Source: Bugula neritina (Eukaryota > Animalia > Bryozoa). From it: a stretch of DNA of 64,000 nucleotides. The notes under the pieces are model-generated. The model did no database searches. It had not been told where the DNA came from and saw only the letters and a list, made by a program, of their open reading frames with translations. How positions within the stretch are numbered: position 1 is the first letter of the stretch; the number at the start of each line of letters is the position of its first letter. The stretch spans positions 22,505,504 through 22,569,503 of the forward strand of contig OZ037765.1 of the NCBI GenBank assembly GCA_964035545.1, written 5' to 3'. Both the position numbers and the translations under genes were made by a program. Below, one piece after another: positions 23,333 through 36,900 of this stretch.

Positions 23333-25899
23333 TCTGTCAAGCATTTTTGTTTTGCTATTGCAACATGGAAGTTAGGGTATCACTTTTGTACTCTACTCAG
23401 GGGAATCTTTGAAACTTCTATGAAATGTGTCCACTTGGTTTGCATTATAACTAATTTCTGACTCTTGCTTGATAGTTACAATCCAAATTGGACAACTCTT
23501 TAATTATATTATTCTAATTTATATGTAATTTGCTACACTTTGTTTACAAGAGAACCCCCTTTCTAAAGCCGCCACTGTAACTTCTGCTATTTCATGTTTA
23601 TAAATGCTAATTTAGATATCGGATAGGCATTGTTTTAATTTTATGACTGACACGAACTTCCCTCCTACTAGAAGTTTAGCTTGCTTGTGTAAGTATTACT
23701 TTATAAATAAGACATACAGTAGACACTGATAGTCATTAACCATTATTTTTAGTTTGGAAAATTGAATACAGGCAAACTTATGTAGGTGCAGTGCTAAATT
23801 TCAGTTTGCTATAACTTACTGTGGATACAGAAAGTAATGCTGCACCAAAGAGAATAAGTTGGATAAAATGTCACTTTTGTAAGGACTTTTTTTAGCCTAA
23901 AGAATACTATATGGTTTCATGTAAGTATAGGGCACTTGCCGCCTGGTGTCAACATTAGATGCCAACATGCATTTGAAATATACATTAGAGTAATGGCTGC
24001 ATAGTGCTTGCTCACTTTTATAATATTATCATTAATTCAGCTCTTTCTATAATTATTTAGTGATAAAATATGATTTCCATAAAAGCTAGCTAAGGCTTGG
24101 TTATAAGATGCAATCACTACAGAAATTGATTTTTAAGTTTAATTTACATAAAAATACTGTCCATCTAATAAGCCACAGCTGCTGTCACACCTTGCTGGCA
24201 GCTGTCACACCTTTCTGGCAGCTTCTGTCAAAGTTCAACAGTTGAACTTCTCGATGTGCATGAATAGCTATTTAAGGTGAAGTCAAAATAATTATTGAGC
24301 TATAGGCACAAGTGAAATGTGTGTAGGTTTTTTGCAGGCTAAATTCCAACATAATAATCTTGTACAAATAACTAGCATTGAAAGTAATGACACTTGGGCA
24401 TGAATACAGCTGTAGCAGCTTATCATCTAAAACATATTATTGTAGTAATGCAATTAATTTGATGCATTAATTTGTACATTAAGCAATTTGTATTTAGCCT
24501 TATAAGTTAACGCTGGAATAGTAATACTCTGTAGTGTGAACCTGCACCATCTACTTCGAAAGATATTCACCAGGTAAAGTAAAGTTTTACAAAAGTTGAA
24601 ATGAAGTTTGGCAGATGCTCTACTATAAAAGTTTATTTGTTACGTGAAATATTTGGTATTGGCTTAAACTTTGTTGCTTTTCAAATATGAAAATTTATAA
24701 TATTGTACAGATTAATTCAAATTGCAAACAAAATTTATTAACTATTTTATACTCTTATAATTTTAATGAGTAGAACAATACAGTGAACTTTTCCATACAA
24801 GGGGTGGTATTTCACTAAAACCATCAAGAGTTGAGCTATTAGCTTTTGTGTTTGAAAGTATTGAATTATTGTTCTTCAAAGACAACTTTTTTTCTCTTGG
24901 GAAAGAAATAATTGTTTGTTTTGCCACTTGATGGTAATAACTTGCAGAAGTGTACACAGCAATTAAATGTCTGTTTTTACTTAGCTCCGCAGTTTGATCG
25001 TTGGGATGATAATTGATAAGTTTATAGATATAACTAGCATGCATGCTTTCATTGATCTTTGAATATAGGTGAGCCGAACTGACATTTTCTTAAGAGCTTG
25101 AAAGTTTCAGGGCTTATACTGTTATATTAATGTGCGTTTGTATTAATTTAAAAAAAATTAAAGTTAGCCTAGTTTTACAGAATAATAAAACTTATAACTA
25201 TGATGTTATAACATAATACAGTTGTATCATGCATTCTTATCTAATATTAAAATATGCTATTTCTTTAAGAGAATGACTTGCGTTATAGATTGATGGTGTG
25301 TTAGATAGTAGAAATTGCACTTACTCAACGCGGTGTTCCACTACAGTAATCTTGATCTTAAACTATGTTGTTTTGACTATGTACATGTCAATAGAGTACC
25401 TAAACTAGGTTTGTATATATCATATTACAGCTGAAATTAGTGCCAGCATAGAACCAAGTGCTGAGCAAAACAACAGTCAATCTCTAGCCTAACTGCCACA
25501 ATAAAATGGCTATGTTAGCAGTTCAAAATATTAGGCATTGTGGTATAGCATTTGATTTTTGCAAATTCAATTTAGTTGTGAGTAAAAAATACATCACATT
25601 TTGATATCTTAAAAGTTTTTGATATTATTAATCATTAATTTTTTTTCTTGCTGTTCTATGACCTTACTGTAAGTTAAATTCCATATGCTGTCTATAAAAT
25701 TGATGTCTATTATAATGTTTTACGGCTGGGTTTAAGTGAAAAGGCTACCAATGCTATTATAACTTAGTGAAGTAATCATGTATTTGCTATTTATTTTTTA
25801 GTTTGCTGCAATCAAACAGAGAAATAACGAATAATTAACACCATTTTATTACCCAGTAATACTCCTTAATTGATTTCCGACGCATTTACTATTGTAAAG

Positions 25900-27801
25900 A
25901 TGACTGGCTCATATCTCTTTAACGATACCATGAGCTCAAATACGAGTCTATCATTCGGGGATTCGTCACTCAACATGACTGACGCATCATCAATCCAAGC
26001 AAAGAATGATATTTTACGTTATACAGAGTGTCAGTCGATCTTCAAAGCATGTCTAGCCCAGAGATACCTCTTTCTCATCATTGGACCAATACTGATTGTA
26101 ATGTCAACAGTCGGTAACAGTCTTGGTATAGCTGTAATGAGACACAAGTCTTTAAAAAATACAGCTACTTCTGTGTTTATAATAGCCTTAGCGGTTAGTG
26201 ATACAGTAGCGGTGTGGACAGGGCTGACCCGACATTTTGTGTACAAGTTGACAGAGGTAAGCTAACATACGTTGCTTTTTTTTTAGACATTTGTTGTTGA
26301 TTCAAATTATTCTACCATCAAGTAGTATGCAGTTTCAGTTAAATGTGTCTTGTATTTTCAAGTCTACAAGTTATGTATTATATTAACTTTTCTGCAATGT
26401 AGCAGTAATTGCATAGTGCTTTGAAGTGTTATATGATATATTATTAGCATTGACTTACATTGACATTTAAATGCATTTTGTTGTAACTATTATTTAATAA
26501 TTAGACATTTCATGTACTATATTGATTTTAAACTAATGGTTATTTTGTCTCTTAATTTTCTTTAATAAAATCAAGCATAATATATAATGGTTTTTGATTA
26601 CTTTGAAAAGAATCTTATATGCTATAAATAATTGAAACATTTCAAACAAGTGCACAATTTGTATATACAGCTACTAGATGCTGTGTGCATATAGAGTTAT
26701 ATGGGACAATATGAATATATAGTGTAAGTTTAGCATTACCTTAGAATGTATTTACCCATCATTCGACTAGTAGCTAGTAAAGTGGTTCAATTTCTAAATG
26801 TTAGCTGATGATGCATAAACCAAATGTTACGCCCCGAACGCTTTATATTATTATAAATTATTTAGTTAGCTATTGAACTAAAAGTTCTGACTTTCTTGCA
26901 AACATATTTTGTTAAATAAAGAAAATGTTTCTGATGTTATTGTTATGAATTTTTTTAGTACGATATCAGGCAATACTCCGTGTGGGCTTGCAGATTTCAA
27001 AGATTCTTTCTGTATCTGGCACTGGATACTTCGCCATGGATACTAGCAGCTGTGACAGTTGAACGCTTCCTTGCAGTTTGCATGCCACAGTTACATCCAG
27101 CAATCAAAACTGCGCCTCGAGCCTGGTTAATTGTGCTCGGTATTGTAGTATTTCAATCAGCTTTCAACTCCCATGTTTTCTTCAACTACGGAAAACAGAT
27201 TATTACAGGAGATAATCAGACGGAAGTATTTTCTTGTGGGTTCAGCTCTCCCGCTGCTAGAAAGTATATAGTAACTTACCACGGGTACATATCGCTAGCT
27301 ATATATTGTGTGATACCATTCATTATTATGCTAACATTGAATATATTTATCATCAAACGACTTCATAAAGTAAAGAAGAGTTTTGAACATAGAAATATGT
27401 CGATAAAGTCAAAACGCCGCCAGACTCGATCACATTCTTTGACCAAAATGCTTCTAACCGTCACTTTCTACTTCATTCTAGTTTCAACTCCAAACTTTAT
27501 ATATACTCTCATTCAAAGCAAGTTGCTTGACACTAAGAATTTCACAGCTCAAGAGTATGCGCAGACCGAAATTATTGATGCTGTCTGCACATTGTTATTA
27601 TACTTAAATCACTCATTGAACTTTTTCCTTTACTGCGTTAGTGGTAGACGATTTAGAAAACAACTAGCATCAATGTTGAAATGTGGTGCAGGCAATATGA
27701 AAGGAGGCAGTGTGACTTATATGCCCTCCCATTCAGACAATCACAAATCTTTTGAACTGCCATCAATGGAAAAGCAAGGCACTACTGGAGATGCAATATA
27801 G
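25900..27801 (+). CDS. Class A (rhodopsin-like) GPCR, neuropeptide-receptor-like, about 399 aa
   Basis: Exons 25900-26256 and 26959-27801 (phase 0). TM1 GNSL, TM2 LAVSD, TM3 C...VTVERFLAV, ECL2 Cys, TM5 VIPF, TM6 STPN, TM7 NHSLNFFLYCVSGRRFR; N-terminal N-x-S/T sites. The ERF/NFxLY pattern is typical of FMRFamide/myosuppressin/sex-peptide-type receptors; the ligand cannot be assigned. Confidence 0.93.
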
Positions 27802-28142
27802 GAAGACACAACTAAACTACTGGAGCAAAAACCTAATTGTGAACAAAGTACTATTATAGATAATGGAATAATGTTTATTAATTATCATCGGATTGCAATA
27901 TTATAATGTCCCATATGCAGTCATAATTGTCATTATTTCATATTCACATTCCTACCCTTTGGGCATTGCTTAGCTACTGGCACCCACATGTAATCTACAC
28001 CATAATATAAAATAAATAAAGCCATTTCACTAAATATTTTTATGATGGAAACATAGACAATGTAGTAAAGCAGTTAGTTATTCAAAACAAAAAAAATTAA
28101 GTTTGGTCCTCTCTCGAAAAGATTTTTTATTGTGGAGTTTGG

Positions 28143-28298
28143 AGGTAGATGCAGTAGCAGAGAAATTGAGAAAAGCCTGTGTTCCAGATTAGAAATGTAG
28201 CAACAAAAGTCATGTTCTCACTAGAATTTCAAACCAAAATGTAATAGTTGAAAAATTAGAGAACTTAGGCTATCTCAATTTCTCCACTACTTCTACCT
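28143..28298. mobile_element. Short inverted-repeat (MITE-like) element
   Basis: Arms AGGTAGATGCAGTAGCAGAGAAATTGAGAAAAGCCTGTGTTC and GAACTTAGGCTATCTCAATTTCTCCACTACTTCTACCT are imperfect reverse complements; a related copy lies at 21556-21618. Confidence 0.6.
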
Positions 28299-31200
28299 TT
28301 TTCATACTCGTATGAAATTCTTAGATGAATGAAAAGATGTCCTAGCAGCTGATTGCCAACTGGTTTATTTTTGTTGAGTTTTGAATTTATATTGTGATTT
28401 GATGTATAACTAGTTTGAAGGCTTGTCTAGCGCATCTATAAGCTAGGAAAATTAAAATATATGTAAGAAATATGTACACAAACAAATATGATTTAATAAA
28501 ATAAAGAATGCTAATAATATAACATAGAAGACAATGTCTATAGCTCTTAATTTTTACTCTAACCATATAAACAACAAAATCATACAACAAAACATACAAT
28601 AAAATAAATTGCTACGGCAAGTTACAACTTCTTAATATATAATTGAATGTTCAAAAATTGGACTTTGTGATGATTGTAGTCATATATTAGTAATAATAGT
28701 TTTAAGAAGTTTGTATGATTAATATAAGTGATAGACTTAAAGATTTCTGATCTCAATCTAGTTTAGTATTGACTCTAATGAAAAATAACACAAAGCTTAT
28801 TTACAATAAATGCCATGCAAGTAGCTGCATGTCATCAGCAACATAGGAACTCTGTGAAAGTTCAAAATATCTGATGAAGAACTTCCCCTGCGTGTTTTGT
28901 CTAGTAGTAAGTTGATTTTTGCTCTATTTAATTGCGTGATATTAGATTCACCCTGGAAATTTACACAGAAAAAGCACTTTTAATGTATATTATTTTTATT
29001 TTATTATTTATTTAAACCAATACTAGCACAGCATATAGTTTACAATAACTTGCCTTCTGTAATTTAGTTTTTAGGCTGTATGTTACTTATAATTCAGTTT
29101 ATAAGGCTGATTGGTTAGATAAATGTCTAGTCAAAGACAAAGTGAAAAAATAAAATGATATAAGAACTACAATTGCCAAGAATACCACATGTACAACCCT
29201 AGTTCAAAAAGATGGTATATCAAAGTGAGAATAATGCTTTTATAATAATGGCTTTCTTATAGTAATAAGACCCAAGTTTCTCATTGCACTACATGCTACT
29301 ATAATTTCATTTGCTCTGACAACACATACGAAAAAGAATTTATTAAAACTATACAGATATAGAATACAGGTATAGAATAGTGTCAGAAAGGATTCCCCTT
29401 CATTAATAGAGGAGACACAACTCTTAAGCCTACATGCTAATTGAAATTTTAACATTGCAAAACCTGTGAAGTAGTGAAGTATAAACAATATTATACATGT
29501 TGAATAAACATTTATATTATTCGTCATTTGTGTAAGAAAAGTGTTATTACAAATTTATGGTTTATTTGCTGACAACTATTGGGCGACCTAGATCATGGCA
29601 TTTATTAATATTCTATGTGCCCATCACATCCTGTACTGCGGTATAAAATCTGGTACATATTTCCTGCTTTTAGCATCAGAGAGCTATAGTAATGGTCATC
29701 ACATTAAGTTAGCCGTATTATTCAACGCACCTACTAACTCAAGATAGGAGAGTAAAAACTCAAGTAATTAATAGTTTTTTCCCAATAAAGAATTCCTCAT
29801 GTGGCAAATATTGTATTTTGGTTAGTGTGTTGTAAATTTAGAGTCGTTTTAAATATTTAAAGCATTACTGCATTATAATATGGCATGATTTATTTGGTTT
29901 GCTATTATATTATTATATTGTATTTATAATATTATAATAAAGGCAAGATTCATGCTTTATTTAGAAATATGCATGCTTTTTTATGTCGAGCTTTCCTAAA
30001 ATATGATTCTAGATTCAATGGAAGCCAATTGCCAACTTTATTTCTCTTTGTTTTAATATTGTTTTGTTTTTATTGACAAATTAATGATTGCTCAAGTGCA
30101 AAGAGATATGACATAATATATCATAATTAGGTACATGCCTGTTTTATTTATAGCATGTGTGTTTTTTTGCAATACCATCTGACATTGACATCACTTAGTG
30201 AATGAACTGAAAAAGTAGATGAGATCTTTCAATGAACAGAAAAAGTTTTACAAAATAAACATGGCAAAAGACAAAATAAAACAATTTCATTACGTACTAT
30301 AACCTTCCACGTATAACTACTTGAAATACAAACATTCATGCAAAAACGCACCCAGGAGCTGGTTTTAAAGGTCAGAACACCATAGCTAAACTTTAGCAAA
30401 CAAATGTCAAGCAAAAATACATTATATATGGCAAAAGTTAAATGTAATGAGTGAAATTGAGAGAGCAGTATCTCTTACTTTTTGGAATGATAGTTATTTT
30501 TTAAGATTATTTGCTGTAAATCTGGTTAAAAGTAGTTAGTGCTAATCCTAAAACATGCACTTTAACTCAATATAAATGCTTGAACATAACACAGACAAAA
30601 CCTTTACTGCCTATTTTCAAAGTCAAAACATTCTATTACTAAAACTATGTTTTTAGTAAAAACAGTCGATTGTGTATATATACAAAGTTTAAATTGTAAG
30701 AATATGTAGGGCCTAAATTATAATATTATAATGCTTTGAAAATCTAAAAGTTAGATCAGCTGAACAAAATCTATGCATTATCAACTGAATATCATTGTAA
30801 CACCCATTTTGATTACAAACTAGACAAAGATTCTGCTATTCCTGCCGTGCTTTAAACTTTTGAACAATTTAGCAAAATTATATCATTTTAAGATATTATT
30901 ATATTCATTACTATAGCGAACTAATGTGCAATAGATGTGTTTATACAATTAACCTGATATAAATCCTACCATTTTTTTAGCAGCTCACATAAACCTGCAA
31001 TATGAGACTTGTAGAGTATATAAACAACATATATAGTTTAATGGGTAATGTCAGTCGCAAAATAATATATTATAATTATGATTTTTAGTTTAGGATATTT
31101 TTTCAAACAATACGCCAAATAAAAATGAGAGCAATAACATATTGATGGAGGATAATATATATATATATATAATTATAAAAACCATTAGTGTTATTAAATT

Positions 31201-31744
31201 ATTATATAGCTACAGAGCGTTTAGTAAAACCAAATATGTACAATAATAAATAGCACCAGTACAATCAAGTTTTTCTTTTGTAAAAAAGTGTATCTAAACT
31301 ACAAAAAATTATTTTTAAATATTGTATTTTGCAGAAAAAGTATAAAATATTATTGTTATAGTAATGAATATGACGTATAATATAGTTATCATTATTGTAT
31401 ATTAGTATGATATAAATTATAAATAACACTCTTTGTTATATACAGAACTTCTGCTTAGATAAACTATGCAGAAGTTTATGTCTAAAATTATCTTCCAGCA
31501 AAATATCAACATATAAAATGTAAGTAAAAGCAACAAGCAGGTATATACAAAGGAGCATCACAGGGTTCAGCTTATTGGTACTTCAATAGACTACTGAATA
31601 ATTATTATATAGTTTCTAAATCATAATTATAGCAAAACCAATCTCACAGTCCAACTACAGTCACAATACTACACAGTTCTAGAATTATACTGCTACGTTA
31701 CAACAAAATCACATTACAATGCTGCTACATACGTGTCAAAATAA

Positions 31745-34700
31745 CAAATTAGCAAATAAATACATTTATTTTAGGCATAAATGCCAAAGGAAAGCACATT
31801 TTAGTTTAATGAATATGAATAATGCATGAAGTAGGTTAGGGCTACATCCAAGTTTCTAGAGAAAGTAATATTCATTTTAAATATTTGGGTTTTTCTATGC
31901 ATACACTTTTTGTTTTAAAACTTTTTGCTTCACCACCTTCTTTGTAGCATGATCGTTCGCAGGCTTAAAATCTGCAAACAAAATAGTAGCAATTCACTCA
32001 CATTTACAGTGTAAGCTATCAAGTACTTGGAATTGCAGACTGACAACTACTTCACTGTTCAAAGTGTCAGACTCTAGTCACACATACAGCAATAAATTTG
32101 CTCCAACAGTTTCTTCTATATGTTAACTGACTCTAAAATTTAAAAACATTCTAAACAAATCATTTTAATTTTCTATTAAATTTGCTTATCTTTCAAAAAT
32201 TATTCTTTCCAGTTTAGTTTGACTGGCTGAAGATGTAAAGATTTTATATGTTGGGCCAGATCGAAAATGTCTTAAAATTACAGTCTATACAGGAATTTTC
32301 TATATACGATTCCAATGTTTTAAATTTATATGATCCTATTAAAGGCAGTTATATACACGTCATGTTTTGGCATTAAGTAGCATGTACTGTCTTTTGTTAT
32401 ACTTATAACATATAGCCTACAGGAGCAAACTATATATGTGCATTGTACACACTATAATTATTCGTTATTGAAGTTCTTTCTATAAGCATATAACTTGAAG
32501 TTGTCTTATCTATTACTACTGCAGAGTTTCTACAAGCCCAGCATAGCAATAAAATATGTTGTAACAAGAACAAACATTCTTTTGTATGATAAACATACTG
32601 ATAAAGCAAATCTTTTTGTAGCCAGTTAATATTTCTCAGCTAAGTTATAGCTGTAAAATGAGAAAAATATCATGGATATTCTTATTCTTGTTTCTAGAGA
32701 TAGATTGGCAACTTAAAATCTGTAATATGAGATAAAAATCAAAACCTGGAATAATTATGAAAGTAGATAAATTACTACTCTAGAAAATTCTCTTAATTCT
32801 ACTTTCGTGTAAAAACCGACATTTTTAGTTGAAATTTTATAATAACTTATTAGCTGTAATAAACTAAATCCCACTGCAGACTTGAAGGTCTTGCAAAATA
32901 TTGCTCTGTCAATTAGCAGCACAACTTCTTACATTTTCATAAAGCAACATTTCCCAAATAGACTTAAGAGTTGTCCTACACTCTTTTTATACACTCATTA
33001 TTTGTAAGTTTCTAATTTCAATTATAATTGTTTTTCAGAGTTTTCTCATCCTTCACAAATGTTTTGATACAGCTATTTTTGCAGCCATGATATTAATAAT
33101 TGTTACTTTATAATAAAAAGTAAAAAAGCAAGATTCCATGGTTAAAAGTTATACAACTTTTAAACAACATAGATGCTCAGAGATTACATGCATGTTTTAT
33201 TCTATTATGCATTAACATGTTCTTAATATAGCTACACTCCATTTTTTATAAAAGGTGTTGGTTCAAACAATGAGTGTTAATCTCAAATTCAACTTAAGTT
33301 TTAATTTTATGATGGACAGTTTATAATATATGTTTTCTGATATACCTACAGTATTGTAAAATTTGAGTTTGTATTTTCTTATCTGAATATTTATATCAAA
33401 CTATTAGAAACTTGTACAACTAACCAGCTAATATTATTAGCATAAACAGTTTTTTTATTTAAAACACATCATCATCAGCATGGAGCTTTCCTCTAAACAA
33501 AGACAGTACTGTTCACAACAGGTTACTGAAAATACTAGCATAGATGATTCCTTCAATATCTGATTACTATTAAAAGTTTATAAGCAATGATCAATCGATT
33601 TTAGATATTGTCATCTATTTATTTTAAATATGCTATATTGCACAATATATGTTATCCATACAGGTGATGCATATACCAAACAAACAGAAAAAGTTGGTAA
33701 TTCAATTATCAAAACCTTAGCATATGTCACATAACCTACCTGCTGTAAAGAGATATTATATTTCATAGCTGGTCTTATGCTAGGGTATACAAGGTTAGGT
33801 TATGGGCAGTTATTGACACTCCAATTAGATAGCAGGGATCACCAACCTGAAATAATATTCCAAGAATAAAGCATATAATACAGGCCTGTTAATATTATTC
33901 TGACCTGAAAATGTTTATTTGAGTGAGCCGTATGTTTATAAAAGTCTACACTGCTGTTTGAGTTATTTATAAGCCATCTATATACACAGCATTATTATAA
34001 TAACCTTATACATGCATGCAATAGTTCATACAGAATCATTTTTTTATGGTACTGAGAAGTGCAGGTCTAGACTCTAGCTAATAGTAAACTCCTTTGTTCT
34101 CAGCCTAACACATATTAGCTATAAGTTGTTCCCAACAATAATGTAAAGCACTTGAAAAATATTCTTCGCTTATGCTATATTATTAACTTTATTATACTTT
34201 TTTTCACCCACTTTAAAGGTTTTATAGCATACTTTTGTGCATGTTTAAAAAATTAGCATATGATTCTATTTAATTCAATTTTTTCATATAAATTTCAGAA
34301 TAATTTTTATATACAGCAGACTATCATAAAGCATAGCTTACTGAAATAAATGGAAGACAAGTCAATGAGTATCATTGTCTAAATCTAAAGTGAAGAGAAC
34401 AGATTTGAAAACTAACACTTCTACTAAACCTACTAAACATAGAAAAAGATGCATGCTTTATATATGCTAATAAGACAATGGCTACTGTAATGAACTACAT
34501 CTGTTATAAATATGTGCATATGTGTATGTTAATGGTAATACTATTAGACTAACAACCATTTTTACTATATTATGTACTAAGCTACTGGGTGAACATGATG
34601 ATTTGGCTGTAAACTCTCAATTAACTGTAGTACTATATACATGTATACTCTTATAAAATCATTTACAACTACATTTAGGGCATCTAGCTGAATGCTTCAA

Positions 34701-36900
34701 TGAGCTCTCCAGATGTTAATAAATACAATAAATGTTGGTGTTTGCATTAGCTGAAATAGTTATAGACAATAGAGGGCTTTTTTTCCTGTTTTATTTCCCA
34801 AAGGCTATTGTTCTGACGATACTCCTAGTATACAGAAATTGACTTTGTAGAAGAAAAATCTTCCATCTATTGCAGGGTGTAACAATTTAATTTAATTTCA
34901 ATCATTTTTATTGACTCGCACAATATCACAGAAATAATATTGATCATATTTGTTAATTGTAGATATATATATATCTTGTGGTAATATCAAAGAAAAATAT
35001 AGTTGTGTGGTGCATATAACTTAGGTCTCAGGGAATAATGCTAGTCTACCATACCCAGCTTCTCACAAAAGCTACTGATAATACTAGGAAGAGCTATAGC
35101 CTAGAAGAAAGTCTTCAACACAAAGTTTCTCATAGAAACTAAGACCACAAACAGTGTGTGAACAATGTACACCCACTGAGCACATGCTACACAAATTTTA
35201 AAAACTTTTGATATACGTCACAATGAGCATTTCCATTGAACAGAAGCTAAAGAGAACGAGTTTCAGCTGAAAACTTCAACATCATATACATTGAAATTTC
35301 TCAGCGGTATTGATATATTTATACTGTTTTTAGAGCACTGTAAATATACAAGGTTTTTAGCTGTAGTTGTTAAAAGGAATACATCACTTGTGCTTGCTTT
35401 ATTGCAAAAAAACTAAGCATAATAGTTCTAGAAAAGCACAAGAATAGCCTGCTGGAATGAATAGTGTACACTCAACAGCAATTATGTGTCTACAGAAAAG
35501 ACTCACCACTGCCACATTCTTCTATCTTCCGCCACTGATTGTTCATGTCAGGCAGATATCTGCCAGGAGTGGCAGCGGAGGTTTCCCTCCACTCACAAGA
35601 GCAACAGGCAGCCTAGTGTTAAAGGCAGCAGAGCTTCTCAGTCATCAAGACACACAATGCTTTTGTTAATTAATAACAGACAGCCTGCAGTATAAACATC
35701 AGTTGAGCCGTGTAATGAGAGACAGGTTTATGATCTAGTGCTGCCAGGCTGTTGCTGACTTTCACTGCTTCACTTTAATAGCATATCACACTACGCAGTA
35801 GGGCCAACACCACCCATGTCTTGTGTTTCTATATGTTGAATGATAAACTGGCTAAAGGTTGGCGTAATGACATGATCTCTATACTACTATACTGTTAATA
35901 TGATAACCGATAGCATTCACTGCAAGATAAAACTGATTTCAGCCAACTGCTATGGTTGTGAAGATAATATGTATGGCAAGAGAATGCATTCACATTCTAC
36001 AAAGTGATAAGCAACATTGAAGCTGTGTCATGACCGTGCAAAAATGATACCTTACAGGATACACCCCCTATTGTTACATATATCTTACTTTTTATCACTG
36101 TGATATAAGTAAGATAGCACCAACTAGCAGTTGTTGAGATAATTTGTTAAGGTGGATTGTATGAACGTAATCAGAAGTATAAACTGTATTAACAACCAAA
36201 GTTAAAGGTCCTCCATCTTTTCATAATAAAGGCTCTCTACTACAGTTTGTATAATTATACCATGTTATTTGATCTCCTGATACTAATGATGGTAAAAATA
36301 TAATGAAGAGTTTTATGTTCTGCTAACAGATGTTTGTTGTTCAGTGTAATTTATGAGTAGTTTGAATCATACACATGTTTAGTTTGGTGCTACTATTACA
36401 TAGACAGGGCAAATGCAGTGTGTAGATGCAGCTTACCAACTTAGGTGACTGATATTAAAAGAAACACCTGCTGTTAATGGTTAGATGACAGAAAGCTGAA
36501 AATGCAGAAGCTCAGTAGCATATAGCAAACACACATAATAACCACATGCCTACCAGCACAATGCTATCCCAGCATTGCTCAGTACAGTATAATAGAATGA
36601 CATCAGGCCTTTGATTTCATTGAGCTGAGCTTGTTGGTAGAGTTGACACGAAGTCACAAACACAGCAGGGAGAAAGACGAAAGCACTTGGCTGAAGCAAG
36701 TAATGGCAGAATTTACCACTGATGGTGAGTGAAAGACTTACACTGTGCAGAGAGTTGGAGTAAAACCTGCTGCAGAGAAGTAGAGTGTGCTAAGTAGTTG
36801 AGCCGCAGTGATCTGAACGCTGAATCGCTGGGACCAACTACTTGACATGCTTATCTTTACTCGTACTACTCTATATCCCTTATATTGGTGAGTAACTATC
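31745..36900 (-). ncRNA. Candidate spliced long non-coding or micropeptide transcript
   Basis: Minus-strand donor GT|GTAAGT after 36742; internal exon 33846-33740 (TTTCAG| ... CAG|GTAGGT, closed in all three frames); terminal acceptor TTTGCAG|31971; AATAAA near 31765. Ends are approximate. Confidence 0.3.

Noticed and set aside
22636-23700. SECIS element for the cyclase UGA
   Set aside because: The ATGA candidates examined by eye (near 22648, 22995, 23061, 23643) lack an 11-12-bp helix II with apical AA and a 3' GA; a formal SECISearch run is still needed.
35012-35034. miR-125/lin-4-like sequence on the minus strand (TCCCTGAGACCTAAG)
   Set aside because: Only the first 11 or so nt match and the downstream arm cannot pair to form a pre-miRNA hairpin.
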